In this document: one piece after another, positions 52,677-64,000 of the stretch | How the letters are laid out: the number at the start of each line of letters is the position of its first letter | Position numbering within the stretch: position 1 is the stretch's first letter | Assembly (NCBI GenBank): GCA_051362555.1 | Contig: CM120644.1 | Span: forward strand, 21,908,534 to 21,972,533 | Source: Lingula anatina | Lineage: Eukaryota > Animalia > Brachiopoda | Length of the DNA stretch: 64,000 nucleotides | Direction: 5' to 3' | Position numbers and translations under genes: made by a program | The notes under the pieces: model-generated | Told to the model about the DNA's origin: nothing | Database searches by the model: none | What the model saw: the letters and a program-made list of their open reading frames with translations, nothing else

Positions 52677-53992
52677 CACTGATGCTCATAAGTTAAGCAA
52701 CACTTTCTTATTTCTCGAATTTCTCAGCAACCAAAATTTTTATTGAGGCAAAATTTGTACAATAGTTAGATATTTCTCTTGTTTTTACTTTGACTTACTG
52801 GACCGTGACATTAGAGTACTATTTACTGTTGGACACGATAGAATATGCTTTGGGGGTGCCACTTGCGAAAAACACAGTTTAGCCATGCCATGAGGAGCTT
52901 CCAGTTTGGCTAGTTTTATGGGCACAATTTGTTATTTTGGACCAACCAATGGTTAGAAGAGGACTCAACGAGGTAATCAGATGGCAAATAATGGGAAGCT
53001 ATAATGCTGGGGTGCCAAAGAGACAGATTGCAAGGCAACAAAAAAGCAGCACCAAGCCAAGTGTCCAAGCTGGTAGCAAAATGGCGCCAAACTTAGCATG
53101 TATTGGACAAGCCTCTTTCTGGTAGACCAATATTAACCGACGCAAGAGATGAAGACATCTGGTTCGATTATGCCACCAGGACCAGTTCATTTCAGCCAAA
53201 CAATGAAAAATTGCCACCATACGTCATTCAAGGGAGGCGCCGTGGTCAACAATACAGAGACGAAATACCATTGGGGTGCATACAATCACACATTCAAGCA
53301 AATCCAGAAAGAAAAATCATTTTGGTGCAGGACAATGCGCCCATCCAGAAAGCATGGTCCGTGCAAGACGCGCTGCAACAGCGCGGTATCCCACATTTGG
53401 ATTGGCCTGCATATTTACCAATTCTCAATGTAATCGAGCATGCTTAGGATATGATTGACAGGGCAATAAATGAGAGACAACCTCCAGTTAGAAACATTAG
53501 GGAGGTCCAACAGGCAGTAAATAAAGATTGGAACCAGCTCTCAAAGCAAGATTGGCAGAATTTAGTGGCAAGTTGCAGGAGACAATGTGAAGCTGTTGTT
53601 CAAAACCAGGGAAAGCACACCCAATATTTATTGCATAATAGACGATTAATCATCTATTATCCACTGTCTTCTTTTATTAAAACTAATTCTTAGATGATCG
53701 AACTTTATTTTTTCATAATAAGCTGTTTTAATCAGCACGTTCTTTTTGCTGTGTGAGCATACTTTTTTGACACATGGTTTGGCATATTTTAGTACCGTTT
53801 GGTTAATAAAGTCATTTTGATTATTACAATAAGCTGTGTGGTGTATTTCATTAACCGAAATATTCAATTTGAATAAGTTATTTGTAAAATATGAAAGAAA
53901 TATGCATAATCCCACCAACAAATGAAATAATGATCATGATAGAAGAAACTTTTGAAAAAATCGGGGTGTTGCTTAACTTATGAGCATCAGTG
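52677..53992 (+). mobile_element. Tc1/mariner DNA transposon, internally deleted, dead transposase
   Basis: Perfect 27-bp TIR cactgatgctcataagttaagcaacac with TA TSDs; HTH fragment plus QDNAP...WPAYLPILNVIEH (DD34E-like) with stops. Confidence 0.88.
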
Positions 53993-55422
53993 TATATACC
54001 AATTTACAAAATATATGACGAGGAAAAAAAGAAAGAAACACCTTTTTCCATTCTTTCTAGCACTTGACTGAATTAAATGCAGAACATGTTCTTAATCAGA
54101 ATTTTATTTAAATAACTTAGCATCTTACAGGTACACGTGTATAGGTAGCCAGAGAATCTTGTCATCCGTCAAGCAATTACCTTCAGATCATATTGATTGT
54201 AAGTGATGACGATAGAATTGAAATCAGACAAATACGATTTACGACTAAGCTATACGGGCAGAGTGTAAGAGTATTACTTACCACACAGTTTGCCAGTCAG
54301 GCAAACCACAAAATAAAGAAAAAGAAAAAATAAACCAGTTAGCATTTTATAAGATCAATAATCACTTTATATAAAGTCAAACTACATACCATTTGATATG
54401 CATTTTGCCCTTGTCCACAAACAAGACATGATTACCTTCCCATAAATCAAATTATCAGCATTCCAAGTGACAATAACGATGATAATGATGATGGTTAATG
54501 ATAAATGTATATATAACTGTGTCGAGATTTGGAAGGCAGGCTTTCCTCGCCAAATTGTTGGTCTGTCCTAGAAACGATTCCGCCGGGATCAATGAAGCAA
54601 AGTGGGCGTTAAAGTCCGCCCTGCTCGACAGAAGAGATAAAGACCAGTATCGAACAACTCCTTCACGGGGTCTTCATGGCCGGGTCCCTGGGGTCATTTT
54701 CCATTCTAGGATAAATCGATTTGTTTGTGTCTCGTAGGTAACTACTGAAATGTTAATCAAGGCATTTCAAAGTGCGTATTTCTGAAATGCAGACATTAGG
54801 TCCATGCCTGTCCATAACGTGTATATTTCCATGAAGAATAGAAATAAACTGTGGCATCTTTTTATTGATCACCCAAAAACGAAAATAAATAAATAAACAG
54901 AGGTACATATGACTATTTGGTGGTACTTACTAATTTATATATTAAACTTGGAAATATCAATGTATTTCCAATTCAATCAATAAAAACGTGCCACAGTTCA
55001 TTTCTATTTTACCCTATTAATGACGAAAACAGTGGATCTATGTAATACTCTTCATGTGAGAAGTGCTGGTGGGGAAAAATGTGATTCAAGGAAAATTAAG
55101 AGAGAGATGCTTATATAGTATAACTTGAAATACACAGTAAAGATAAGTCTTAAAAACGCATTAAAAACTGCATTACATTGTTCAGTTCTTTTCAGATGTG
55201 ACGGCGAATTTTGGTCTAAATAATCGATCTACATTAAATATTACTTAGTATTCGGCATTTATTTATCGCTATGACAATTTTGTGGATTTGTGTTAATGAG
55301 CGTTGAACATTGCGACATTTTCTAATGATACATATTTGTGAATTAGAACCAAAATCGTTCTTCATTCGGCCGCAAACCCGGTGTAACACTGCCTTTAATA
55401 CTTGACAGTATCGGCACAAAAA

Positions 55423-55457
<35 letters not shown>

Positions 55458-55481
55458 AGACAAACTGCGTTTGGATAGAGC

Positions 55482-55485
<4 letters not shown>

Positions 55486-55526
<41 letters not shown>

Positions 55527-55769
55527 GTGCTACTGCCACGTGATTCTATAAACTGAATCAGCATTGATTTGATGATCGTCTGATTTACGGGACAAGATGA
55601 TCGGTGATTTACTAAATGGGCTATTGGCTAGTTTATGGTGAAAATGGAATATTGGAGACGCAGGAGATATTGCTGTATTCGGAATAAAGGATAATATGAA
55701 TGTTTATTACGTTCTACAGATTGAATTTATAAGCGCCAAGAGAACACACTTGTCTCTATATGTGTCTGC

Positions 55770-55849
<80 letters not shown>

Positions 55850-55866
55850 AGCATTTGTATGTGAAG

Positions 55867-55912
<46 letters not shown>

Positions 55913-56039
55913 TGCTTGTGTGTCTGTCATAATCTTTAATATCAAGCACCTTTTTGAAAGCGTGCATTTCCACGTGTGTGCACATGTGTGTACGTGTATG
56001 TACGTATGTGCGTGTGTGTGCATGCTTGTGTGTGTGTGA

Positions 56040-56070
<31 letters not shown>

Positions 56071-56085
56071 ACAGTGTGTGTGTAT
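55486..56085. repeat. Compound (GA)n/(GT)n microsatellite region
   Basis: (GA)n at ~55486-55525 and ~55772-55840; (GT)n at ~55869-55907 and ~56030-56082. Confidence 0.9.
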
Positions 56086-59000
56086 GTGTTCTAAGGTGGT
56101 GGCTTCTATCTGCGTTGTGTTCATTCACTTGTGAAAAGACCAAAAGGACTGAAAGCCGGTCTTTGTTTTGGACATTTCGGATTTTCACGTTTTTATTATT
56201 AGCAGGCAGCGGTTTTACGTCTTGAGATGGCAGCCTTCTGACCTTTAACGTCACAAGAGTGTAACCCAGCAGACTTTTAGCTTGAACGAAAATACGTTAA
56301 CGATACCCAAGCCACATCGTGCAGACAACACCTGTAGATTAATGATACTTTCGCCCCGTTTCAAAGTTTACTTAAGAATATAACTCTCTACCAGCGTTGC
56401 ATTTTTCAATATGTGCATTTTTCTCTGACGCGACTACTGCCCTGGCGTTATTCCTACCAAACAACTTAGAAATAGCAATCTACGAATAGGAATGTTAGTA
56501 ATGCAAATAGATAGAGTTATGATATTCGCAGGTTCGGATCCTATCTCCTCCACTACTCTCAGCGGAGCATAACGCACTTAAGTGCAGACATCAGGTTGTT
56601 GACTGTCTGTTCAGGAGTCTTCACAACACAGCCTTTCCACCGTCTGCCTGCTCTAATGGTCGTCCATCCTGAGTACATTTGTCCACTTCACACCTCGTTT
56701 ATTGTTGTTATCTCATAAGCCCGAAGGAGTGGCAGTTTTCCTCAATACATAATACCTGACGTTATAATAAATAAACGAATGAAGAAAATATGGGTGTGTG
56801 ATTTGGTGTCTTAGTGAGAAGATTGTTGAACATTGTTGGAATACGAACCTAAATTATTAGGTTAGTATTTAATTTTTCATTCCGGAGGTTTTATTAATTT
56901 AATTGTATATTTTATATTGAATCATTATTTCTTGGAAATTTGAAGGGAAAAACATGAAACCTTTTATGTCATGTAAGATGCCTCAATTGAATCAGCAGTC
57001 AGAAGTCCTCGAGACTGCAGTAGACATTTTCTGTTCATACAGACAGTGCACTGTAGTAAGGAGCTGTAGACGATGGTCTATTTGACAGGATCATCCTTAA
57101 GCAGACAGATAGAAAAAGTATTGGTGAAAACAATGAAAGGCACCTGCCCCCCCCCCCCCCCCAACTCCAAAGCTTCGAACCTCACCTCCCCCTTCCAGAG
57201 CGAAACACGACAAAACCAATCGGTTCTCCATTGCCTGTCTACCATATTCTAGTTAATAAATAAGACTGTCCCGGTCAAGTGTTTATAAACGCATATGACA
57301 TAATATGACGGATATTGAGAGGCTACAATAACCCACGAGCAGACGATGAATAAAGAAATGTAGATGTTTTGAGTATGGAGTTTCTAAGAAGAACAATACC
57401 TGGAAATTGCAATATATGCGTTATTTTTTTAACACAAATGTTTCCGTCGTGAAATAGAGTTGATAATGAAATGTACCTATGATTGACGTCACATTTTGGC
57501 ACCTACAGTGATTAGCCATGGAGAGGGAAATAAAAATACATAATGCTTTACCATGTATAATAATCAAAAAGGATAAAATCTTTAATTACGGAGCTGATGC
57601 CCGGTCACAGAGGTGGCAAAGTCTCAACTATTGGTGACACGAACCAGTTTTGGACAGAAACCCAAGAAAAAATGCTCGGCAAAAGAAATATACTTGATTG
57701 CTGAAATTGCCTCAAGTCAGTCGAAGAAAATGTAGATTCCATACAAATTTAAAGCATTTTTAGAATTAAGTAAACATGTGTATGGAGTCCAGATCATTCT
57801 CAATATTGCAATAGCAAAAAATAAGTCATAAAAACTACAATCGTGTTCTCTCTCAATGATGATTGTGTCGTTTTGAAACTAAGGAGAGATAGCTACATGT
57901 AAGTTTTGTTTGTCTGTCTTGTGCCTTTATCATGGCTTTTCCAGCCAAATTGAATTTCCGTTCAAAAAAGTAATTTTCTCTTACTCATGATTCATTGCTT
58001 GACCTTCCCCTTGGATCTGATGTTTTACGCCATTTGTAATTAAATAATTAATGTTATGTTAATTAATGTTCTGTTTTGATCTTTTTCAACATTTCAGAAG
58101 GAAAAAACCGATTCTTTTATTTGAACGATTCTTTTATCTGAATGGTTTTGTCATTTTTAATTCCTAAATTGGGAAAACAGAAGTAGTCTTTTTAGGATAT
58201 GATAATATTACTTTCTGACAGTTTTAAACGCGAATAGTATACCTTTAAAATAAAATCACGACCTCTCTCTTGTCATTTCCCTCATTTTCGTCTCTCCGCT
58301 ATGATGGTGGCCTCACTTGCTAAATACTACCAGTAGTCGTGGTAATGACAGAGCGTGCATGAAGCTTAACGGGTATAATTATATACTCCATATCGCGGTA
58401 CCACAGGTTGGCCATCTGTACTGTATAGCCCTGTATATGACACGGCCATCTAATGTCCACCTTGTGTTGGCCAGAGTGCAGTGGCTTGGAGCTAGTGCTG
58501 GCTTTCTCTTCTCTATGTCAGCATTCTGTGTCCTAGGCAGACAGAGAAGAGGCAAAGTTGGCCATCCCCACCTCCAACCCCATACAGGAAGTTTTGGAAG
58601 AGCCCCTTTCACGACCCCCCCCCCCCCGGCCCAGAAGCAATTTTTTCAGTCATTTGTCTTAAATTTTACTAAAGTTGACGGTGCCTACAATATAGTCTTC
58701 GTACCGCCCCCCTCTCCAGTCCTTCTCTTCTAGGATCCACTCCAGGTGATATCACCCCACGTTTTAAAACACCTGCAGTGACAATAGTCTTCCTGTCACC
58801 TCTGGACACTCTGACTTTCCGGGTGACAGAGAAATGGCACCAGCATATTCCCACGCCGAGTTTGTGTGCATGTTTAATTAAATACGGGTCAAAATAGCAT
58901 TTTCCTCTGATTGCTCTGTAACGAGAATTTGTAGGCAACAACACTGTACTGGTGTCGACTATGATTTCAATTTGAGTCACGTTTCCGAGTCAAAGATTAG

Positions 59001-59678
59001 CGCTTTTTAATTTCAAGAAAATATGTATTGTCACATTCGGGAACAGAGTACAGTTTCTCCAAGGTTTTGTCTCGGCTCAAAGTCCATTTCTATATTGCGC
59101 GCAGTGAACACGGGCGAATGTATTCATAAAGCAACGGGAACAACAACTTTACGCGCTTTTTTTTCACGATTTAATAATACTTACATTTTGTCATCAGAAA
59201 ACGTTTTGTTCTTGAACAATTATAACAAAGGCTGGGGCTAACGGCGGCGGGGGGGTTTGTATGTTTATCTAACTATCTAGAAAGCATCCTCTCAAAATCT
59301 GTACGATATTTCTTCAATTGTAATAGAACCAAAACTTACCTGTCATACTGCTAACTGAGACGGTCACTTTTAACGAACAGCAGAGATGTTATATGTGGGA
59401 GTACACCTGAATTAAATCCGAACCCATTCAGCCTGCGCATGCGTATTATTTCCAACTTTTTTAAAGTGCACTGATGTTAATTTCCGCCCTTGTTTGTACA
59501 AGTCAAAATGTCCTGCTTCATAAATGTCCTGTTTTACAAATACAACAACACATCCCTCACTACGTTCACAGTGTAGTTTGTTTGTTAGTTTACTTGATTC
59601 CCACATATCATACATTGAACGGGACAAACAATTAACATTACATGTACTACTGGTATATAAGTACAGGTTTGACCAAGC

Positions 59679-60296
59679 CACCCTGAGCTTCAGAGCTAAC
59701 TTGACACTAACCTTTTCACTGTAGCCTATCTCCATCGTGTCAAGTAACCTCTGACCAGATTCGAGTGCCTCCGCCGCCCGCCAATCAAATTTAAAGCCCG
59801 CACTCAATGACTCATTGAACGATCTAGCCAATGAACGCGAACGAGTCAAAGCGCGCTTTGTTCAAATCCGGACCAATCAAAGATAAGGCTGAATATCAGG
59901 GACTTGCCGTAACCTGTGGGCAGCACGCAAAATACATCATCCCTCAGTAGATAATAATGCAGGGCATCATACTGCTCTGGTTTCAATTCCGATATACTCC
60001 ATGCTTTAATTCTTTGTGTACGGTTATGCACTCGGAACCACTCGGAACTACTCGGATGTCTCCGCACTCGACAATAACTATGTTGTTAGTATGGAGCTTG
60101 CGGAATCAGCCGAGGATTGCCGATTGACGATCAACCAATCAGCGTTTTCACCAAACTTTGGTGAAAAATTTTGAAACATGGATTCGATTGGCTTATATAA
60201 AATAGGTCAAACTATTTTCGTCAGAGGTTACTTGACACGATGGAGATAGGCTACAGTGAAAAGGTTAGTGTCAAGTTAGCTCTGAAGCTCAGGGTG
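59679..60296. mobile_element. Non-autonomous TIR DNA transposon carrying a RecQ-type helicase fragment (AcademH-like)
   Basis: Perfect 77-bp inverted repeats (59679-59755 / 60220-60296) and an 8-bp TSD GACCAAGC. The minus strand at ~59890-60010 encodes ELKPEQYDALHYYLLRDDVFCVLPTGYGKSLIF (Q-motif + motif I). Confidence 0.8.
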
Positions 60297-61315
60297 GACC
60301 AAGCGTACACGTCCATATATTTGCTACAATCAACAGTCCTGTGTAATGCTAGCGTAACACTTCTCTGATATTAGAATCCAATTAAATCTAAAATGACATC
60401 ATTGTAAGCCTTGTGCGTGGCCATTTCTTTGGTGAGTGTACATCACATGTGTATCTTGATTGTCTGGGAGACTTGTTTGCCGTTAATCTCCGTTCCTGTG
60501 GCCCTTTATTGGCAATAAATGCCATCTTTTGGCTCACCAGTAAAAACTGTATTGTAGTTATTATCTACCATTATCTCCATTCGCATTCTATTTATTTTCG
60601 GCATCATGGTAAATGGATATTTTGCATTAACTTCTGTTTTGGGTTTTATCTTTTCAAGCAGAATACCGGGGTAGATCTTCGGTATCTTTTGATAATTTGG
60701 ATCACAAAAATACCGGTGTATTTTCCTTGTGTTTATCTTTGTATTGAGTACAAACTGCGAGGTGTATCTCAGTGTTAACTGCTGCCTACATGCGGTACAT
60801 TGCACTAAGATGAGTTTGTCGACAAAGAATTAGAAAGCGAGATTTGCCCTCACCTCAACACAAAACCCAGATACACCCCACCCCCACCCACCCAAAACCA
60901 AGACCCACCCCCACCTCCACCCACCCAAAACCCATCCACACCCAGCATTACCTCGTTAATGTGAGACCACCCACGGACGATAATGATACTCAGGGATGGT
61001 AACGTGTGTATTCATGCATTGTTTTAAAAAATACTGGGCTTCATGAAAAAAAAAAAGAAAATGTCCCCCAAGAACCCTTCCTTCTTGTACCTTACATAGG
61101 AAGACGATCACGTGCACGAGGACTGATTTGTATGGTTCTGTAATCTGTATCTGGTCCAAACTGAGCGGTTATAAATTGTCTGAATGGCGCCGTGTTCACA
61201 TGATGAACAAAGGATTATGGAGCCGTGCTTGATTGTTCATTTCCGATAAGAGGAGATTCGACATCATTTCCGTGGAATTCACGTACATAACAGCTGATAT
61301 TCCATGTACAAAAAA

Positions 61316-61479
61316 CAGGCCCGTAGCCAGCAATTTTATAAGGGGGTTTCTTTTTCTGAAGGTGTACCTTTTACGATGAATCCTTAGTTTACCTAGATCA
61401 AATTTTACCCACAATGGACCGTTTCATGACAAAAAGGGCGGTTCTTTCGAACCCCCAAAACCCCCTGGCTACGGACCTG
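61316..61479. mobile_element. MITE, CAGGCCCGTAGCC family (inverted relative to the 1257 copy)
   Basis: caggcccgtagccag...ctggctacggacctg, sharing the internal cctagatcaaattttaccca segment. Confidence 0.65.
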
Positions 61480-62883
61480 TTTTTTAAAAACCATACCACA
61501 ACACAATGCCTTACGTCCACGTATCTTAAAATTGGCTCTGTCTTCTTGTTACTGAGAAGTACTGGTATTAATTATGACTGATACAACGAAAGTACTGGCT
61601 GCAGTTGAAGGCGAACAAGCCTGGAAATGGCCAAGATTTTGCTTAGGGCAGCTTATTTATTTATTTATTTGTATTTGCAGTTAGGCATCAATTGATCTAC
61701 GACAACTTTTGCGCATTTATTTATTTTACCTATCTTATATTATTTCACTCTTCTAGATCTGTTTTGGAAACCCCGTTGTCCTCACTCTCCCCTTCCCTCC
61801 CCTCTCTCGTTGATTTCCATACGGTGTTGTCACTCACCCCGCCGTCACCCCTTTTTTCTAGCGAGCACGTTAAAGGTGACAGAGACAGATCACGACATGA
61901 GGTCTTAATGTACAGGTGCTAGAGCTAGTGAACATCTGTTAACTACAGGAGAGTGCTCCTCTATCTTACCATACTGAACGCTAACCCACAACCACTGCAT
62001 AATTATGCTTGATTATTCCAATAACTACATGCAGTTAGAATGATTTAGGTGTCATTAGGGAGTGTTTTGTCCTATCTGTCTTCAAAATATGTGTTATCTG
62101 CGGTGAGTGGTCTGAATTCGGGAATAAATCAATTGCCGACCAGGAAATTACTGGATATTACTCCGATCAAGAATGTATTACTGGTTTTTGTATATCAACG
62201 TGCGAGCTGCAAGACTTCAATGAACTGCTGAACTTGCTGAAAGTCCACATTCCCTAAGGATAATAATTGATCAATTTTTATTTTTACCATTATATAATAA
62301 TGTTTATAGCCTGTAATATGTTGGTAATAGAATTTATATGATCAAAAGTTGGTTGAGTATATATATGGTAAGGCGTTTCTCCGGTTTTTGGTCCATTTAA
62401 CGTTGTTTTAATCACGTCCTCGTCAAATGCCTGAACTGGTGCAGGGTGCAGCCGCTCACTGCGATAGATGAGAGCGCGTCTCGAGATAGCAAAGTCACCT
62501 TTTGTAACGCAAGCTGGGGGAGAGGGGGGGGGGGGGGGGGGGCGTGACCTGACCACACCGTCGTAGTGAGCCTATTAGATAAATATGGTTCCTCGGCAGG
62601 AAAATGAGATACGCTGCCTTTTTTACGGAATTTGATAATGATAGAAGCGCAAAAGAAGTGGTTTTATGAAAGATAAATGGACAAGATCGAGGCACGGCCG
62701 TGAACGCAGGAAAGGTTGTGACAAGAAAAATTGCTTTGATTGATTTTATGTCATTGATTAATTTTTACCGTATCTTTAGGTTATGATTCAACGTGTTTAC
62801 AATACGCCGTACTTGAAACTGTGGTCCAATTTCTTCACCACGGTCTGCAACCGTGACACTGGACACATCTTATTTTGTTGAAA

Positions 62884-62922
<39 letters not shown>

Positions 62923-64000
62923 AAGTAAATGAATAGATCGATAAATAAATAAAAAAGAAAAATGTAAATTTTGTAATAATGTAACACGTTCAGGGATCAA
63001 ATGGATAAAAATAAATAAAAGCCTGGCAATAGATCTCTGATACCTTTGATTTGTCATTGCATGTAAAAATATCGATTTAAACTGGGCACATCAGAGAGTG
63101 GCGTTACCAGCTACCATTAGGCACAAAGTTACTCGTTAACTAAACATCCCTTTCGTATCTTCGTGACGGAGCCAGGGATGTTACAGTGGTCCACGCGCTG
63201 CCATCCCCTCAGCTTCACACGGGTCATACTTCCTTCCTAAATACATGTATATAATGACAATAAGATTTATTTATAGTCTAATATTCATATAAAATGTTCA
63301 GTAGACTCTACATATCAAGTGAACCGCAACGAAATCAAACAACTGTCCCTCTTTTTGCCCTATTATGCAGGAATAATTTGAAATTGCCTTTACCATTTTT
63401 TTTTTGCTGAGCCAAGCAAAAAACACTTTTTATCCAAGTGCCAATAAAAGACAAAAGCAAGAAAAAAAAACACAATATCCTGACTTCACCAGTACGTATG
63501 AAATTGTAAATCCCTTTTTGAAGACGCCCAATCCAGAATTAAGCACAAACAAACAAATCCTGGCAGTCAACATGTTTTTGAAACCGTAGCTTTGGACTGG
63601 ATTCCCGTTACACAACCATAGTTAGAACTGACACTGCGGGAAGCTACAATTATCACAGGACACGAAAGTCTGGGTTTGTCCTAATGAAATGAGACTTGTA
63701 AGATGTCTCAGATTCTGTGAAAGACAGCAAGTGTGCATGGCATATTGTTTATTTTCAGGACGCAGGACGGTGCGCCGCTGCCTTTCCTTGGGTTTGAACG
63801 AAACTCACATCAACCGTTACTGCGTGAATATGTAATTATGCAGTTCTATTTACTTATGTATTCCTTTATTCCTCGATCAGCCGCGTAGAGAAGAAAAATA
63901 TGACACATACGTAAGCGGTAAATTTACAGGGGTATATAAATGTATATACGCAAATAGAAACGTCGAACTATTACAAGACCATTAAAAAACTTGACAGGAA

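Noticed and set aside
55234-56254. His/Thr-, Leu/Ser- and Arg/Glu-rich ORFs
   Set aside because: Translations of (GT)n/(GA)n microsatellites.
59846-60067. Host RecQ helicase gene
   Set aside because: Only motifs Q and I are present, and they are enclosed in TIRs with a TSD, so this is a transposon fragment.

Overview
AT-rich eukaryotic (animal, most likely marine invertebrate; organism not determined) DNA with GT-AG introns and many microsatellites. Five host genes lie on the minus strand. (1) An intronless HHxxxDG condensation-fold acyltransferase ORF (1093 to the window edge), absent from the ORF track because it has no stop in the window. (2-4) Three tandem, apparently intact 9-exon mitochondrial-clan cytochrome P450 paralogs whose differences cluster in the substrate-recognition sites. 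(5) An intronless class A GPCR. Interspersed are a decayed Ty3/Gypsy LTR retrotransposon with very short LTRs and a primer-binding site complementary to its own LTR (Tf1-like self-priming), a CR1/L2-type LINE relic, Tc1/mariner copies, a Penelope-like GIY-YIG fragment, hammerhead-like motifs, a RecQ-bearing TIR element and several MITE/HINE families. The two most notable candidates are an animal acyltransferase-P450(-GPCR) biosynthetic/signalling cluster and the self-priming retroelement. All calls come from manual reading, with no database searches.
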